NCBI GenBank assembly: GCA_041687695.1
Contig: JAWLBL010000015.1
Coordinates: 99,627 to 163,626 of the forward strand
Reading direction: 5' to 3'
Origin: Myxococcota bacterium
GTDB lineage: Bacteria > Myxococcota_A > UBA9042 > PHBI01 > JAWLBL01
DNA: 64,000 nt
Shown: piece by piece, positions 11,386 to 23,132 of the stretch
Layout of the letters: every line of letters starts with the position of its first letter
How positions within the stretch are numbered: position 1 is the stretch's first letter
Program-made: the position numbers and the translations under genes
Notes under the pieces: model-generated
Seen by the model: only the letters and a program-made list of their open reading frames with translations
What the model was told of the DNA's origin: nothing
Databases searched by the model: none

Positions 11386-11848
11386 GCCGGCGCGGGGCGC
11401 AGCGACGTTGGTCGCGCCGGGGGTGTCGTTCCGCCGCCGCAGGCGGCTGTGGACCGCGCAGGCCTTGCCTGCGCTGTGCGATGGTCGCAGCTGCTGTGAA
11501 TCCGTGCCGTCCATAGCGCCGGCGTGGCCGGCGCGGGGCGCAGCGACGTTGGTCGCGCCGGGGGTGTCGTTCCGCCGCCGCAGGCGGCTGTGGACCGCGC
11601 AGGCCATGCCTGCGCTGTGCGATGGTCGCAGCTGCTGTGAATCCGCGCGGTCCATAGCGCCGGCGTGGCCGGCGCGGGGCGCAGCGACGTTGGTCGCGCC
11701 GGGGGTGTCGTTCCGCCGCCGCAGGCGGCTGTGGACCGCGCAGGCCTTGCCTGCGCTGTGCGATGGTCGCAGCTGCTGTGAATCCGCGCGGTCCATAGCG
11801 CCGGCGTGGCCGGCGCGGTCCATAGCGCCGGCGTGGCCGGCGCGGTCC
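11386..11848. repeat. REP/REPIN-like array, 3 x 141-bp tandem units
   Basis: AGCGACGTTGG unit starts at 11401, 11542 and 11683; hairpins CCGCC-GCA-GGCGG, GCGCAGGC-nnn-GCCTGCGC, GCGCCGGC-GTG-GCCGGCGC; same modules as the array next to the RAYT at 53.1-53.9 kb; between convergent genes. Confidence 0.92.
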
Positions 11849-11869
11849 GGAAGCCTCGAGGCGGCGTAG

Positions 11870-13375
11870 CTACTTGGGGGCGGTGCCGGAGAGGATCCAG
11901 GCGCGGCGGGTGCGGACGAGGTCGAGGAGGTTGCCGAAGCCGGGCTGGGTGGGGTGGGTCGCGGCGAGGTAGTCGGGGAGGCTGGCGTTGGGGTCGACGG
12001 TGAGGACGGGGCGGGCGAGGGCGTCGAGCTCGGCGACCCAGGTGGCGTGGACGGGCTCGGCCAGCCAGGCCTCGGCGACGTGGCGCAGGTAGGCGAGGTA
12101 GCGCTCGCGGTAGGCGGGGACGGCCAGGATGCGGCCGACCAGGGGGTAGTTGGCGCCGGCGCCGCAGACCGGGTCGGTGGGGTCGTCGCAGGAGCCGGCC
12201 TCGTAGGCGCGGTCGAGATCCCAGGGCAGCATGGTGAAGCGGCCGGTGTCCGGGCGGCGGTAGAGGTAGAAGTTGTTCCCCTTGCCGAAGTAGCTGTCGT
12301 AATTGCCCAGGGCGACGGTGACGGCGGTGAGGCGCAGGAAGGCGTCGACGTCGAAGACCGCTTCGAGCGCCGGGCCGAAGCCGTCGTCGGGCGCGTGGTT
12401 CAAGACGTCGAGGAAGGCGACGAGGTCGGCGTAGTCGCTGCGGGCGGGGTCGTCCTCGTTGGTCTTGAGCACGAGGCCGCACTGGTCGAAGCCCTGGCCG
12501 CAGCCGCCGTCCTGCGCGTCGTGGAGGTAGTCGGCCTTGGTGTCGCCCTTCCAATGGAGCAGGCAAGTGCCGTTGAAGTTGTAGACGCACTTGTAGAGAT
12601 TGCCGTCGTCGGCGCCGCCCTGGGTGCCGAAGCGCTCCTTGAGGAAGCGCTTGTCGATGGGCTGCACCAGCGTGTACAGGCCGTGGTCGCGGCCGTCGAC
12701 CCGCAGGCGGACGTAGGCCGTGCGCGGCGCCGGGACGCCCATGCCCTGGTAGACCCGGGCGGCGAGGCGCTCGCGCATGAAGCTGGGGTCGTTGACGGCG
12801 TTGCTGAGGCCGACCTCTTCGGCGCCGTGCAGGCGCAGGCCCGAGTAGGCGTCGAAGTGCAGCTTGAGCGGGTACTTGGCGCCCGGCGGGGCGGGGCCGT
12901 CGCCGGCGGGCGGGACCACCAGCGACGAGAAGCCCTTGAGGCGCACGCCGATGGGGTCGCGCTGCAGGTCGTCCCAGGTCAGCGCCGCCGGATAGACCAC
13001 CTTGTCGAACAGGGTCTGCCAGTCGACCAGCATGGCCGCCCAGTCGCCCTCGGCGAAGGTCAGCGAGACCTCGATGACCCGGTCCTGCACGAACAGCTGG
13101 TCGAGGGCCTCGGGCAGCGGCGGCTCGGGCTCGGAGCCGAGGTCGCCGCTCGCGGCGTCGTCAGTCGCCGCATCGCCGGTCACGGCGTCGCCGGTCGCGG
13201 CGTCGGGTCCGCGCGCGTCGGCCGGGTCGGCGTCGGTCGTGGCCGCGTCGTCGCCCGAGACCTCGCCAGCGGCGTCGGGGGCGGGTGAGGCGGTGGGCTC
13301 GGCGTCACAGCCGGCGCCGGCCGCCAGGGCGACCAGGCCGAGCACCAGCGAGCGAGCGAAGGGAACCGAGCGCAT
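11870..13375 (-). CDS. CotH kinase family lipoprotein
   Basis: Lipobox LAAGAGC; GVRLKG, KYPLKLHFD, DPSFMRERLA, GLYTLVQPIDKRFL, NYDSYFGKGNNFYLY, LPWDLD. Confidence 0.88.
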   Translation of the reverse strand: MRSVPFARSLVLGLVALAAGAGCDAEPTASPAPDAAGEVSGDDAATTDADPADARGPDAATGDAVTGDAATDDAASGDLGSEPEPPLPEALDQLFVQDRVIEVSLTFAEGDWAAMLVDWQTLFDKVVYPAALTWDDLQRDPIGVRLKGFSSLVVPPAGDGPAPPGAKYPLKLHFDAYSGLRLHGAEEVGLSNAVNDPSFMRERLAARVYQGMGVPAPRTAYVRLRVDGRDHGLYTLVQPIDKRFLKERFGTQGGADDGNLYKCVYNFNGTCLLHWKGDTKADYLHDAQDGGCGQGFDQCGLVLKTNEDDPARSDYADLVAFLDVLNHAPDDGFGPALEAVFDVDAFLRLTAVTVALGNYDSYFGKGNNFYLYRRPDTGRFTMLPWDLDRAYEAGSCDDPTDPVCGAGANYPLVGRILAVPAYRERYLAYLRHVAEAWLAEPVHATWVAELDALARPVLTVDPNASLPDYLAATHPTQPGFGNLLDLVRTRRAWILSGTAPK

Positions 13376-13449
13376 GCGACCTCCGTGACGGCAGGACCGC
13401 GGAGATTAGTGTCGCGCTGCGCTCGGTTCCAGCGTTCGCGGATCGGCGG

Positions 13450-13848
13450 TCAGGACAGGCGCGCCAGCAGGCGGTCGACCATCCAGATCCAGTCGTCCTT
13501 GGCCTCGTCGTCGAACCACTTGCGCTGCAGATCCGAGGCGCCCTTGACGCGCTCGACCGCGCCGCGGGCCAGCAGCACGTCCTCGTCCTCGAAGGCCTCC
13601 TCGTTGTCCTCGATCCAGGCGGGGATCGTCTCGGGCACCCGCGGCGCCGCCTTGCCCCGCGACGCCGCGACCACCTCGGCCGCCGCGATGGCGATGGCCG
13701 CCGTCTCCTCGTCGATCCGCTCGCCGTCGTCCGCCTCGGCGACCGCGCTCAGCGCGTCGAGCACGTACTGCTCGTCCTCGCCCTCGAGCTCGACCAACCA
13801 CTCGACCGCCGCGTCGTTCTGAAAGCTTCCGGGACCCCAGGCATCCAT
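13450..13848 (-). CDS. DUF4259-like acidic protein
   Basis: MDAWGPGSFQNDAAVEW...AIAAAEVVAA...LQRKW...LLARLS; true start ATG 13848 within the longer track ORF. Confidence 0.8.
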   Translation of the reverse strand: MDAWGPGSFQNDAAVEWLVELEGEDEQYVLDALSAVAEADDGERIDEETAAIAIAAAEVVAASRGKAAPRVPETIPAWIEDNEEAFEDEDVLLARGAVERVKGASDLQRKWFDDEAKDDWIWMVDRLLARLS

Positions 13849-14054
13849 CGCGCACCTCAAGCAGTTTCGGCAACAGCCGTCTCGTGGCTGCGCGCCCCGA
13901 CACCTCGCCGGGCCGCGCGAAGGCGCGCACCGTAATCGCGCGCGCCCCGATGCGCCACCAAGCGTTGTGGGCCGACGTCGATTCCCGCGCACGCCTTGCG
14001 GTGGCGCCGGCCCCGGTGTCTCTCGCTGAGGCCGGGCCGCCTCGCGCCGCCGCG

Positions 14055-17000
14055 TCACTGGATCGGCAGGTGGACGATGAAGGTCGAGCCGCGGCCGACC
14101 TCGCTGTCGACGCTGATGGTGCCACCCATGGCGCGGACGATCTCGGAGACCACCCACAGGCCGACGCCCAGCCCGGCGTAGCGCGCGCCGGACACCGCGC
14201 GCTCGAAGCGGTTGAAGATGCGCGCGCGGTCGTGCTGCGCCACGCCGATGCCCTGGTCGCGGACCTGCAGGATGGCCTCGTCGCCCTCGCGGGTGAGCGA
14301 GACCGCCACCGGCTGGCCGCCGCCGTAACGCAGCGCGTTCGACAGCAGGTTGCTGAGGATCTGGTCGATCCGCATGCGATCGAACTGGCCGTGCAGGTCG
14401 CCCGACAGCGTCAGCGTCAGCTCGGAGCCGGCGCCGTCGGCCTCGGGGCGGAAGCGGGCCACGACCTCGCGGGCGACATCCGCCAGATCCAGCGCGTGGG
14501 GCATCAGCAGCGGCGGCCCGGCGCTCAGGCGCGTGACGTCGAGCAGGCGGTTGATGAGCTCGTTCAAGCGGTTGAGGCTGAGCACGGCCGACTGCGCGTG
14601 GCCGTGCAGGACTCGAGGGTCGCTCGCCGCCGGGGGTGCGCCGGGGCGGGTGGCGCGCAGGAGGAGCTGCAGCTGCAGGTCCACGGCGGTCAGCGGGGTC
14701 TTCAGCTCGTGCGAGGCCAGCGAGATGAACTCGTCGCGCACGGTGACCGCCACGCGCAGCTCGTCGAGCAGGCGCTCGCGCTCGACCTCGGCCTGCTTGG
14801 CCGCGGTGACGTCGATGACGGTCCCGATGACCCTGGCCAGCACCGGGTCCGCGTCGGCCGGCGCGTCGGGCGGGGACGGCCGCAGCACGGCCTGGCCGCA
14901 CAGCTCGACCCAGCGCTGCGATCCGTCCATGACGGTGATGCGGCCCACCCAGCGCAGCGGCGCCGCGACGCCCGCCAGCAGCTGCTTGCGCAGGCGCTCG
15001 ACGCCCTCGCGATCGTCGGGGTGCACCATGCGCAGCACCTGCCGGTAGTGCGCCGGCCGTGGGCCCCGGGGGCCGTCGACGATGGCGTAGGTGCGCTGGT
15101 CGCCGTGCATCATCTCGGTCGCGACGTCGAACTCCCAGGTGCCGATGGCGGCGGCCTCGAGCGCCAGGCGCAGCCGCTCCTCGGCCTTGCGCCGGGCCTC
15201 GAACAGGTGCGCGCGCTCGAGGGCCTGCCCGGCCACCTGACCCAGGGTCAGCAGCAGCTCGCGCTGCTCGGGCCGGAAGCGGGTCGGGGCGCCCAGGCCC
15301 ATGGTGATGACGCCCAGGACCCGCTCGCCCAGGCAGATGGGGACGGCCGCCCAGGCGCGGCTGGGCGACCTGGCGATGTGGACGGCCATCTCGGGGAAAG
15401 CCAGGACCATGGCGTCGGGCGTCTCGACCCAGACGGCCTTGCCGGTGCGCAGGGCGCGCGAGCCCGGCGAGCGGTCGTCGGGGTGGAGCAACGCGAAGGC
15501 CTGGAGGGTCGGCACGGCGAGCCCGCGGGCCGCGACCAGGCGAGCCGAGCCGGGCGGCGCGGTGTCGTCGACCAGGTAGATGGCGGCCGAGCGGGCGCCG
15601 ATGGCGTCGGGGGCGTCGCTGACGAGGGCGTCCGCGATGTCGGCCGGCGTGACGGCGCGTGCCATGGCGGCGGTGACGGCCTGCAGGCGGCTCATGCGTT
15701 CGGCGGCCTCGTGGGCCTCGTCGAACAGCATGGCGTTCTCGATGGCCAGCGAGGTGCGGCGGGCGAGATCCTGGGCGAGGCGCAGCTCGTGGGGGCCGAA
15801 GCGGCGGCCCGACTCGCCGGTGGCCAGGGCCAGCACGCCGACGGTGGCGCCGCGGGCGAGCAGCGGGACGACCAGGTACGAGCGGAGATCCAGGCGGCGC
15901 AGGATGGCCAGGTGCTGGGCGTCGCGGGCGATGGCCTCGAGGGTGACGTCGGACAGGTCCGAGAAGAGCTGGGGCTGGCGCGTGCGGATGACCGCGGCGA
16001 TGCCGGAGTCGTCCTGGGTGTGGGCGGGGTAGCGGTGGGCCAGCTCGTAGCCGAGGGCGACGTCGGCGGGGGTCGGGGCGGCGACGGCGACGCGGCGCGT
16101 GAGGCCGCCCTCTTCGCAGAGATCGACCAGGGCCCAGTCGGCCAAGGTGGGGACCGCCAGGTGCACCAGATCCTGCAGGGTCTGCTCGACGTCGAGGGAC
16201 TCGCTGAGGCGCTCGCTGGCGTTGGCGAGCAGCTCGAGGTCGGCCTGGGCCTGGCGGACCGCCGTGACGTCCTGCATCGCGCCGACCATGTGGAGCGCGC
16301 GGCCCCGGTCGTCGCGCAGCACGGCGCCCCGGTCGAGGACGATGGCCCAGCTGCCGTCACCGCGGCGGAAGCGGTACTCGCTGGACCAGAGCTTGTCCCC
16401 CTTGTCGAGCGCCTCGTCCAGCTCGCGCATCACCCGGTCGCGGTCGTCCGGGTGGAGCTGCCGCTCCCACCAGCGGATGTCGGGGGTGACGGTCGACAGG
16501 TCGTGCCCGAAGAGGGTGGCGATGTTCTCGTTCCAGTAGATCTCGCCGCTGTCGAGGTGCCAGTCCCAGACCGCGTCGGCGGTGGCCGTGGTGGCCAGGG
16601 TGTAGCGGGTCTCGGCGCGGCGCAGCGCCTCGTGGACGTCGAAGGTGGTGCCGGCGGCCGAGCGCGGCGCCAAGATGGCGAGGGCGGCCGTGACGCGGCC
16701 GTCCTCGAGGACCGGGTAGCAGCTGATGAGCCAGATCTCGTCGTGGGGGTGGCCGGGAGGGGCGTCGAGGGCCTGGGACAGGACCGGGGCGCCGGCCTCG
16801 AGGGCCTTGCGCACGTGGACGGCGGTGTGGTCCGGGAGCCGCTCGGCGAGGGCGTCGAGGGGCAGGCCCGGCAGCGCGTCGGCGGGCATCTTCACCAGGT
16901 CGGCGAAGGAGGGGTTGGCGCCCAGCAGCGAGGCGTGGGCGTCGACGACGGCGACGCCCATGGGCAGAGACAACATGACCCTGTGGAGGACGTGACCGAT

Positions 17001-17177
17001 GCGGGTCGGGTCGTGCTCGGGTGGGGGCAATCGGGGCTCCGCGGAGGTCGGCGCGAGAGATGCCCCCTGGTGATAACACGGCGGCGCGTCAGCGGCGACT
17101 CGCGGTGACCAGTCGCTGTTACCGACCTCGGAGGGGGTGTCCAGGGTTGCCCGAGGTCCCCCGAAAGGGGGGCGCAC
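14055..17177 (-). CDS. PAS/PAS/GAF/GAF/PAS sensor histidine kinase (true start probably near 16976)
   Basis: H-box ASHELKTPL, N-box NLLSNALRY, DQGIG, GLGVGL, GRGSTF; PAS motifs LHPDDRD, VHPDDRE; GAF segments. Confidence 0.9.
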   Translation of the reverse strand: MRPPFGGPRATLDTPSEVGNSDWSPRVAADAPPCYHQGASLAPTSAEPRLPPPEHDPTRIGHVLHRVMLSLPMGVAVVDAHASLLGANPSFADLVKMPADALPGLPLDALAERLPDHTAVHVRKALEAGAPVLSQALDAPPGHPHDEIWLISCYPVLEDGRVTAALAILAPRSAAGTTFDVHEALRRAETRYTLATTATADAVWDWHLDSGEIYWNENIATLFGHDLSTVTPDIRWWERQLHPDDRDRVMRELDEALDKGDKLWSSEYRFRRGDGSWAIVLDRGAVLRDDRGRALHMVGAMQDVTAVRQAQADLELLANASERLSESLDVEQTLQDLVHLAVPTLADWALVDLCEEGGLTRRVAVAAPTPADVALGYELAHRYPAHTQDDSGIAAVIRTRQPQLFSDLSDVTLEAIARDAQHLAILRRLDLRSYLVVPLLARGATVGVLALATGESGRRFGPHELRLAQDLARRTSLAIENAMLFDEAHEAAERMSRLQAVTAAMARAVTPADIADALVSDAPDAIGARSAAIYLVDDTAPPGSARLVAARGLAVPTLQAFALLHPDDRSPGSRALRTGKAVWVETPDAMVLAFPEMAVHIARSPSRAWAAVPICLGERVLGVITMGLGAPTRFRPEQRELLLTLGQVAGQALERAHLFEARRKAEERLRLALEAAAIGTWEFDVATEMMHGDQRTYAIVDGPRGPRPAHYRQVLRMVHPDDREGVERLRKQLLAGVAAPLRWVGRITVMDGSQRWVELCGQAVLRPSPPDAPADADPVLARVIGTVIDVTAAKQAEVERERLLDELRVAVTVRDEFISLASHELKTPLTAVDLQLQLLLRATRPGAPPAASDPRVLHGHAQSAVLSLNRLNELINRLLDVTRLSAGPPLLMPHALDLADVAREVVARFRPEADGAGSELTLTLSGDLHGQFDRMRIDQILSNLLSNALRYGGGQPVAVSLTREGDEAILQVRDQGIGVAQHDRARIFNRFERAVSGARYAGLGVGLWVVSEIVRAMGGTISVDSEVGRGSTFIVHLPIQ

Positions 17178-17202
17178 CCGTCACTGGTAAGGAGGTCACG
17201 CG
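17091..17202 (+). promoter_or_regulatory. Candidate structured RNA leader occluding a perfect Shine-Dalgarno
   Basis: Stems GACCTCGG/CCGAGGTC, CCCC-GAAA-GGGG, GTGACC/GGTCAC, TTACC/GGTAA; TAAGGAGGT at 17188-17196. Confidence 0.35.
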
Positions 17203-17271
17203 ATGGACGTCTTCGAGCTGTCGAGGGCGGACCGCATCGGGGAGCGGGTGCACGAGGCGCGGCGCGGGTGA
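17203..17271 (+). CDS. Putative 22-aa small ORF MDVFELSRADRIGERVHEARRG
   Basis: TAAGGAGGT 6 nt before ATG; G/C-ending codons; followed by hairpin CCGGGGCG...CGCCCCGG (about 17283-17305). Confidence 0.4.
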   Translation: MDVFELSRADRIGERVHEARRG

Positions 17272-17313
17272 GGGCGGGTGGGCCGGGGCGGCGCGATCGC
17301 CCCGGGGCGGGCG

Positions 17314-18759
17314 TCAGCGGCCCGGGCGCGGGGGAGGGCAGGGCAGCGGGGGGCGCGCGGCGGCGTCGGGGAGCGCGTAGAGCCACCGGGCGAAGAGGTC
17401 GCGGACGCGCGGGTCGCCGGTCGAGCAGGCGAGGTGGCGCTCGAAGTCGGCGGTCGAGAGGTGGTCGCCCGGGTGGGTGTCGAGCAGGGTGAGCAGCAGG
17501 TCGCGGAGGCGGTCGCGGCCGAGGTGGGCGTCGAGGGCGAGGAAGAGGGAGCGGCCGAACGGCAGGGCGGAGGGCGAGGTGTGGCGGGCCCAGGGGTCGT
17601 CGACGAGGGCGGCGACCGTGGGCGGCGGCGCGGCGCGGGCGCCGAGGAGGTAGTCGGTCCAGGCCTCGTCGAGCCAGCCGTCGGCGGCGCGGGCGGGGGA
17701 GAAGCCGCGGCCGAGGGTGGCGCGGCGGCCGCGGCCCAGCCACTGGTGGATGAGCTCGTGGGCGAGGACCAGCTCGGAGTCGCGGTGGAGCTCGAGGGCG
17801 CCGGCGTACTCCATGCCGCCGGTGGCGTCGGTGGGGGGCGTCTCGAAGATGAGCAGGGTGTCGCCGTGGGGGTAGGCGCCCAGCAGGGGGACCAGCCTGG
17901 CGAGCCAGGCGGCGGCGCGGTCGAGGACGGTGTCGTGGGCGGCGGGGGCGGTGACGCCGGCGTCGCGGTAGGCGAGCAGGGTGACGCGCTGGCCGCCCGG
18001 CAGGGTGACGGTGCGGCGGCGCGAGGTGACGTGGGCGGCGGGGCGGACGGCGAGCAACGGGTCGGCCGGGCCGAAGTGGGGTGGGAACGTGAGGCGCCAG
18101 CGGTTGGGGGCGAGGGCGGTGAGGGCGCCGTTGGTGATGACGGCGTGGGGCTCGGCGGCGCCGGTGAGGGTCACGTCGAGGGCGAGGGTGAAGCTGTCGT
18201 GGACGAGGCCGGCGGGGAGCCAGCTCTCGAGGAAGCGGCCGGGGGCGAGGTCCGACAGGTCGAAGTCGAAGCGGAGGGCGCCGGGGAGCCAGCGGGGCGC
18301 GCGGGCGCCGGGGGCGCGCGGCGCCGAGAGCGGGTAGGCGAGGCGCAGGACGTGCCGTGAGCAGGCGGGCAGGGCGGCCCGGACGACCAGCACGTCGGAG
18401 GCGGGGGCGGTCGAGAGGGCGCGGCGGGTGAGGGTGACCGGCGCCCCGTCGAGCGCGGCCTCGGCGACCTCCTGTCGCAGATCCAGCACCGGGTAGCCGC
18501 CGTCCGGGCCCATGGCGAAGCGCACCTCGGCGACGGCGGAGGCCTGCTGGCGGGCCACGTCGAAGGTCAGGGTCGCGTGCACCTCGTGGAGGTCGACGAC
18601 GGTCGCGCGCAGGCCATCGACCAGGGCGGGCGGCGGTGCGTGCGGCGACCACTCGGCCTCGCAGCCCGCGGCGACCGGCGGGTCGACCTGGGCCACGGTC
18701 GCGACGCCGCCGCAGGACCAGAGCACGGACGTCAACGCAACGGACCGCAGGGCGAGCAT
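17314..18759 (-). CDS. M1-like (gluzincin) zinc metallopeptidase, probable lipoprotein
   Basis: GGMEY exopeptidase motif, HELIHQW (HExxH), WLDEAWTDY third ligand; N-terminal VLWSC. Confidence 0.82.
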   Translation of the reverse strand: MLALRSVALTSVLWSCGGVATVAQVDPPVAAGCEAEWSPHAPPPALVDGLRATVVDLHEVHATLTFDVARQQASAVAEVRFAMGPDGGYPVLDLRQEVAEAALDGAPVTLTRRALSTAPASDVLVVRAALPACSRHVLRLAYPLSAPRAPGARAPRWLPGALRFDFDLSDLAPGRFLESWLPAGLVHDSFTLALDVTLTGAAEPHAVITNGALTALAPNRWRLTFPPHFGPADPLLAVRPAAHVTSRRRTVTLPGGQRVTLLAYRDAGVTAPAAHDTVLDRAAAWLARLVPLLGAYPHGDTLLIFETPPTDATGGMEYAGALELHRDSELVLAHELIHQWLGRGRRATLGRGFSPARAADGWLDEAWTDYLLGARAAPPPTVAALVDDPWARHTSPSALPFGRSLFLALDAHLGRDRLRDLLLTLLDTHPGDHLSTADFERHLACSTGDPRVRDLFARWLYALPDAAARPPLPCPPPRPGR

Positions 18760-18926
18760 CCCGCGAGCCTAGCCCAGCCCGCCCGGCGAGCGCCACCGCC
18801 GCCGCCGCCGCCGCCTCCGCCGCCATCATCTCGCCACATCTCCTCCCCGGACCTTCCTCGGCGCGTCCGTCACCCGGCCCCAGGCGGCGCCCAACCTGAG
18901 GCTCGTCCACTGCCAAGGAGCCTCCC

Positions 18927-19436
18927 ATGGACACCGCCACCCGCCCGTCCGTCCCCACCGCCCTGCTCGTCGCCTTCGGCGGCCCCGCCGCCGCCGGCGC
19001 CCTGCTCGGCCTGCGCGCCGGCGCCGCCGACGCCCTCGCCCAGGCCGGCGCCCTCCCGGCCGTCATGGCCGGCACCGCCGCGCTCACCCTCCCGGCCCTG
19101 TACATCGGCGCCTCCATCCTGGGCCTCGTCCCCGCCGCCGACGTCATGGCCCGCGCCACCCTCGCCGCCCTGCGCGCCACCGGCCTCCTCCTGCTCGGCC
19201 TCGCCCCCGCCCTGGCCTTCCTCATCGCCACCCTCCCCAGCCCCTCGGTCGCCCTGGCCCTGGTCGCCGCCGCCACCGCCGGCGCCGTCCTGGCCGGCCT
19301 GCGCACCCTGCACCTCGCCCTGAGCGCCGCCGCCCCCGCCGACCGCCCGCCCCTGCTCCTGACCGCCCTCCTCACCGGCTGGTCCCTGGCGGCCCTCGCC
19401 ATCGGCGGCCAGCTCTTCTTCCAACACGTCGCCTGA
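18927..19436 (+). CDS. Hypothetical integral membrane protein
   Basis: AAGGAG RBS; about 5 hydrophobic segments; first gene of a co-oriented cluster. Confidence 0.72.
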   Translation: MDTATRPSVPTALLVAFGGPAAAGALLGLRAGAADALAQAGALPAVMAGTAALTLPALYIGASILGLVPAADVMARATLAALRATGLLLLGLAPALAFLIATLPSPSVALALVAAATAGAVLAGLRTLHLALSAAAPADRPPLLLTALLTGWSLAALAIGGQLFFQHVA

Positions 19437-19450
19437 CCCGGAGCCCCCCC

Positions 19451-20178
19451 ATGACCCAGCAGCCCGCCACCGCCACCGCCACCTTCGACCGCCTCCTGCG
19501 CGACCTCCCGGCCACCCTGGCCCGCATCCGCGCCGGCGACGACCTCGCCGGCCTCGCCCGCGTCGCCCTCGCCGTCCTCGCCCTCAGCGCCGCCGTCTTC
19601 GGCGCCGTCCTGGGCGCCCACCGCGGCGGCCTCCAGATCCTCTACGCCGCCGTCAAGCTCCCCCTGGTCTTCCTCTTCACCGCCGCCCTGTGCGCCCCCG
19701 CCCTCACCGCCCTCAACGCCGCCCTCGGCCGCCGCGCCGACCTCCGCCGCGACCTCGCCCTGCTGCTGGTCGCCCTCGCCCGCGTCGGCCTCGTCCTCGC
19801 CGCCCTCGTCCCGCTGGTCCGCCTGGCCCCCGCCGCCGGCGCCAGCTACCACATGGCCGTCCTGCTGGTCGTCCTGGCCTGCGCCCTGGCCGGCCTGGTC
19901 GGCGTCTTCACCCTGTGGCGCGGCCTGCGCCTGGCCGCCCCCGACGCCGCGGGCCTCGCCGCCGCCGGCCTGCTCCTCGTCTTCTCCCTGGTCGGCGCCC
20001 AGATGGCCTGGACGCTGCGCCCGTGGCTGCTGCGCCCCCGCGCCCCCGAGCCGGTCTTCGTCCGCGGCCTCGAGGGCAACTTCCTCGACGCCCTCGGCAC
20101 GACCGCCGACTCGGCGCGCGGCCACTACGTCCGCCCCGAGGCGCCCGTCCCCGCGCCCTGGCCCGCGGAGGGACGCCG

Positions 20179-20182
<4 letters not shown>
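19451..20182 (+). CDS. Hypothetical integral membrane protein
   Basis: Multiple TM segments; [11 protein letters not shown] and [11 protein letters not shown] motifs; GGAG RBS. Confidence 0.75.
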
Positions 20183-20835
<653 letters not shown>

Positions 20836-20846
20836 GCTGCGGCGCG

Positions 20847-21553
<707 letters not shown>

Positions 21554-21557
<4 letters not shown>

Positions 21558-23053
21558 CCGCGTCCCGCTCGCGCCGCGCCCGCCTGTTCGACTGGCTCTA
21601 CCGCATCCGCACGCGGCTGCTGCTGGTCAAGGTGCTCATCGTGGCGGTGCCGCTGGTGGGCCTCGGCTTCGCGCGCCTGTACGAGCGCGAGATGCTGCGC
21701 GCCCTGGAAGACGACATGGTCCACCAGGGCCAGGTGCTGCGCGCGGCCCTGCTCGCCGACCCCACCGGGCTCCGCCTGAGCGAGCGGCAGGCCCTGCTGG
21801 TCACCGCCGCCCGCGAGACCCGCGCGCGGATTCGCCTGCTCGGCCCGGATCTGCGCGTGTGGGCCGACTCGCACGCCGACGGGCCGCCCGAGGGCCCCGA
21901 GCGGCCGCCCCCGCGCCTGCTGCCCGGCGAGGCCCCCAGCGCCCGCGTCGCGACCGAGCCGCCGGGCCCGGTCGACCTGACCGACCGCCGCGAGCTGGTC
22001 CTGGCGCGCCGCGGCCAGTACGGCGCCGCCACCCGCGTGTGGGAGCGCGGCCGCCGGGTCTACCTCTTCAGCGCGCTGCCCATCGAGCAGGGCGGCCAGG
22101 TCACCGGCATCGTCTACCTCACCCGCTCGACCTACCCCGTGCTGGCGGCCCTGTACCGCCTGCGGACCAGCCTGCTGCAGGTGCTCGCCGCCGCCGTCGC
22201 GGCCACGGCCGTGCTCACCCTGCTCTTCGCGGCGACCATCTCGCGGCCCCTCACCCGCCTGACCCGCATCGCCCGCCGCATCGCCGCCGGCGACCGCACC
22301 GACGCGAACGTGTGGGGGGCCTTGGCCCTGCGCCGCCGCGACGAGATCGGCGACCTCGCCCGCGCCTTCGATCAGATGGCCCGCGAGCTCGACGAGCGCG
22401 CCCGCTACGTCGCCGAGCTGGCCGCCAACATCTCCCACGAGTTCAAGAGCCCCCTCACCAGCCTCCGCGGCGCCGCCGAGCTGCTGCTCGACGGGGCGGC
22501 CGACGATCCGCGGGCCCGCACGCGCTTTCTCGAGAACATGCTGGCCGACGCCCACCGCCTCGATCGCCTGGTGACCCGCCTGCTCGAGCTGTCGCGCGTC
22601 GAGGCCGACCTCGCCCCGGTCGAGGTCCTCGACCTCGAGGCCCTGACGCGCGAGGCCGCCCGCCAGGCCCCCGGCGCCGCCCCGGTCCGCGTCACCTGGG
22701 CCGCCGGCGCCACCCTGGTCCCCGGCCGCCGCGCCCACCTGGCCGCCCTGCTGGCCAATCTGGTCGACAACGCCCAGCAGCACGCCGCGCGCGACACGGA
22801 GGTGTCGGTCCACGTCGCCGACGTCTCGGGCGGCCTTCGGCTGGACGTGACCAACCAAGGCCCGCCCATCAGCGCCGCCAACCTGCCCCGGGTCTGGGAC
22901 CGCTTCTTCACCACCCGCGCCGGCGAGGGCGGCACCGGCCTCGGCCTGCCCATCGTCAGGGCGGTCGCCGAGGCCCACGGCGGGACCGTCGCGGTGACGA
23001 GCGGCGACGGGGCGACGACATTCTCGGTGCAATTGCCAGCCGCCCGGGCCTGA
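21554..23053 (+). CDS. HAMP sensor histidine kinase (CreC/ChvG-like)
   Basis: Two TM segments, [17 protein letters not shown]-box [24 protein letters not shown]-coupled to the regulator. Confidence 0.92.
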
Positions 23054-23132
23054 GCGGATTCGCGGCGCCGCCCGGTCCGGCACGTGACGACTTCCCCTCG
23101 GGCCGGCTGGAAGCCAGCGATCCCAGCGGGGG

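Noticed and set aside
11014..11869. Repetitive ORFs across the 141-bp array, and similar ones at 23.0-23.8 kb and 53.1-53.9 kb
   Set aside because: Translations of palindromic REP units; the conservation pattern is base-pairing, not codon-based
18793..18824. (GCC)n run between divergent genes
   Set aside because: Short low-complexity tract expected at this GC content; no evidence of phase variation
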